Below, piece after piece: positions 61,856-64,000 of a stretch of 64,000 nucleotides of DNA. Source of the stretch: Phaeosaccion multiseriatum (Eukaryota > Protista > Ochrophyta, other classes); contig OZ218950.1 of NCBI GenBank assembly GCA_965112735.1, positions 5,022,001 to 5,086,000 on the forward strand, in the 5' to 3' direction. The notes below the pieces were generated by a model, which was not told where the DNA came from, searched no databases, and worked only from the letters and a program-made list of their open reading frames with translations. Position 1 is the stretch's first letter, and each line of letters starts with the position of its first letter. The position numbers and the translations under genes are program-made.

Positions 61856-63787
61856 ATGCGTCTCCCCTTGATGCTCGTCGCATGGTCGATGCAACCTGTT
61901 GGCGCCTTTCTACATTGCGGCCTGGCGATACAACGGCCAGCAACAGGCGCAGCTGGAGGACTCACACACACAACCCACACAGGAGGGTGTGGGGGTCGCC
62001 GAGGGCGCCGCGTACTCACACAATACACTGACGAACACGAGAAAGAGAACGATGAAGATGACGAAGACGAAGAAGCAAAGCGAGTCTGGGAAGTAGGCCA
62101 CAAGGGTGAGTGCAGCAGCTTGCTCCGAAGAGAGCGTGGATAGAGCACTGCTTACTTCGCTTCCCCCTCCTCTTCCTACTGTGACAGAGCTCCCGCCCAC
62201 GTTCCATACGCACATCCGCCCGGAGATCCCCGTTGACGACGAGGAAGACCAGGACATACCCGCTCTCAACTCTGTGACTTTGGTCGGTCGAGTGGGGCAA
62301 AAGCCAGAGCTAAAGCACACGAAAAATGGAAAGAGTGTGCTGAACCTCAGCCTTGCTGTCACAAGAGAGTACCATCCTCTCGAGGTGAGTGAACTTGGAA
62401 TCTTCTCTAATCACCGCCAAACCGGCCATGCTTCCTTCCTCCTGCCTTCCCTCTCTAGCCCCTGCCTGGCACTCTACAAGGCAATGCCCGCCTTCGCCAA
62501 CCGCCACCCCCCCCCCCGCCTCATGATGCCTACCTGCCGCAGCGCCAGGCCCGCGGCATTGCATACGGACAGGAAGAGACGGACTGGTTCAAGCTGGTGC
62601 TGTGGGAGAGGGAGGCGGAGTACGCCAGCAGAGTGGTCGACAAGGGCATGCGCGTCGGCGCGCAGGTCAGCAGCCATAGAGCAAGCAAAGAAGAGCACCC
62701 CCCCCCCCCCCCCCTCGCCCCACAAAGCTGACACCTGTGCATGGCTCCTCCTTCCCTCCCTCCCTCCTCCCCCGCACACACTCACTGCCTCCACTGCGTG
62801 ATTGCCTGCCTGTCGCAGGGGTACCTCTCGGCCCCCATCTGGACGGACAGGGACGGCAACCAGCGACACACCCATGAGGTAGGTGGTGCACACGCCGCGC
62901 TGCTTGAGTGCGGAAAGATGCCATGTATGCATGCTCTTCCTTGGAGAAGAAACCGTCAGACCGTCCCTCTCATGTCCTCCCGGCTGCTGCGCTGCTTGTC
63001 CCCTCCTTGCTTCCCCTCCCCTCCTCGTCGTCTGCTTTGCTTTGCACAGATTGTGGTGAGGAAGCTGACTGTGCTGGAGTCGCGGGGCGAGGTGGAAGCC
63101 CGCCAGGAGAGCACGTGGATGGCCCAGCGCGATCGACAGCCCACTTCAAAGGGCAGCAACGAATCAGGCAGCGCCACAGCACAGACAAGAGCGGTACCTG
63201 CTGCCGCCCCAGAGCCTGCAGCCACCTCTAGCACATCCCCAATGCGGAAACCTGCGGTAGCCCCTATGATAGAGGCAGATCGCGGAGGAGGGAAGACCGG
63301 GGGAGGGGGAGGAAAGGGGGCAAATGCGTCTACTACGTCTTCATCCGCCAGCGGCGGCGGTGGCAGCAGCAGCAGCAGCAGCAGTAGCAGCGGGAGCGGC
63401 GCTGGTCATGGTAAAGAAGACGCATCGGAGGAGGGGGGCGAAGGCAGCCTTGACTGGTGGGCAGATATGGATGCCGAATCGGAGCTGGCCTCTGCAGGGC
63501 AAAGCTTCGGTGTAGTAGGGGGAGAGCTGCAGATCCCAGGGGTGCAGAAGGGAGTCGCCGGAATCGGAGGAACGGGCGTGAAAAAGGAGCCTGCTGGTGA
63601 TGCCAGTGCGAAGGGTGCCAAGAAGAGCAAGAGCGGTGGAGGAGAGAAGAAGCAAGAGCGCGAAGTCGCTGCTGCTGCTACTGCTGCTGCTGCCGCTGTA
63701 GACGAGGAGCTGGGCAAGGGGAAGGAGGAGGAGGAGGAGGAGGAGGAGGAGGAGGAGGTGTCGTCTTTCTTCGACGAGTTCTTGTGA
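61856..63787 (+). CDS. SSB: Organellar (probably plastid) bacterial-type single-stranded DNA-binding protein, 5 exons
   Basis: OB fold LNSVTLVGRVGQKPELK..VLNLSLAVTRE..ETDWFKLVLWEREAEYASRVVDKGMRVGAQGYL..WTDRDGNQRHTHEIVV; signal-peptide-like N-terminus ending VGA-F; acidic tail ending SFFDEFL. Introns about 62106-62187, 62384-62572, 62666-62818 and 62879-63049. Confidence 0.9.
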
Positions 63788-64000
63788 TTCCGTGGTCGGT
63801 GAGGATGTCTTTCCGTCCATCATGATGGTCTTGCAAGTGATACAGAGGGGAGGAGGGGCACGAAGGTGCTTGGAATGGCGAGCGAGGCAGAGCAGCGACT
63901 TTGGCCTGGCGTGCCACGCACCCCAGCAAAGGGCCCCCTCTCATCTTGTCCTCCCCTCTTCTCTAGCTCTACAGGAGGAGTCAGTAGCGTGCCCTGCATA

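Overview
Eukaryotic nuclear DNA, GC-rich and intron-dense, with microsatellite-filled introns; most ORFs in the six-frame track are artefacts of these repeats. Manual splicing gives about 13 protein-coding genes, in order: DNA polymerase epsilon catalytic subunit (-, runs off the left edge), a DUF4485/CEP112-like protein (+), dihydroxyacetone kinase (-), a class IV PLP aminotransferase-like protein (-), NPEPL1-type M17 aminopeptidase (+), an LRR protein (+), a zinc-ribbon/low-complexity protein (-), a CAP-C-like beta-helix protein with a SEC-C motif (+), CEP104 (-), a TspO-like membrane protein (-), NSE1 without a RING (-), CYP51 (+) and an organellar SSB (+). A frameshifted piggyBac-like transposase remnant lies at about 42.9-43.9 kb. 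Signal-peptide-plus-Phe presequences and centriolar genes suggest a photosynthetic stramenopile with a flagellated stage (inference). I see no clear multi-gene novel system. The best leads are a 44-bp-arm intronic hairpin in CYP51 (pre-miRNA or MITE candidate), a 5'-G-rich/3'-C-rich polarity of intronic repeats that spell splice signals, three short duplications at splice junctions, an aminotransferase with no usable AUG, and the RING-less NSE1. Exon coordinates were counted by eye and may be off by a few bases.
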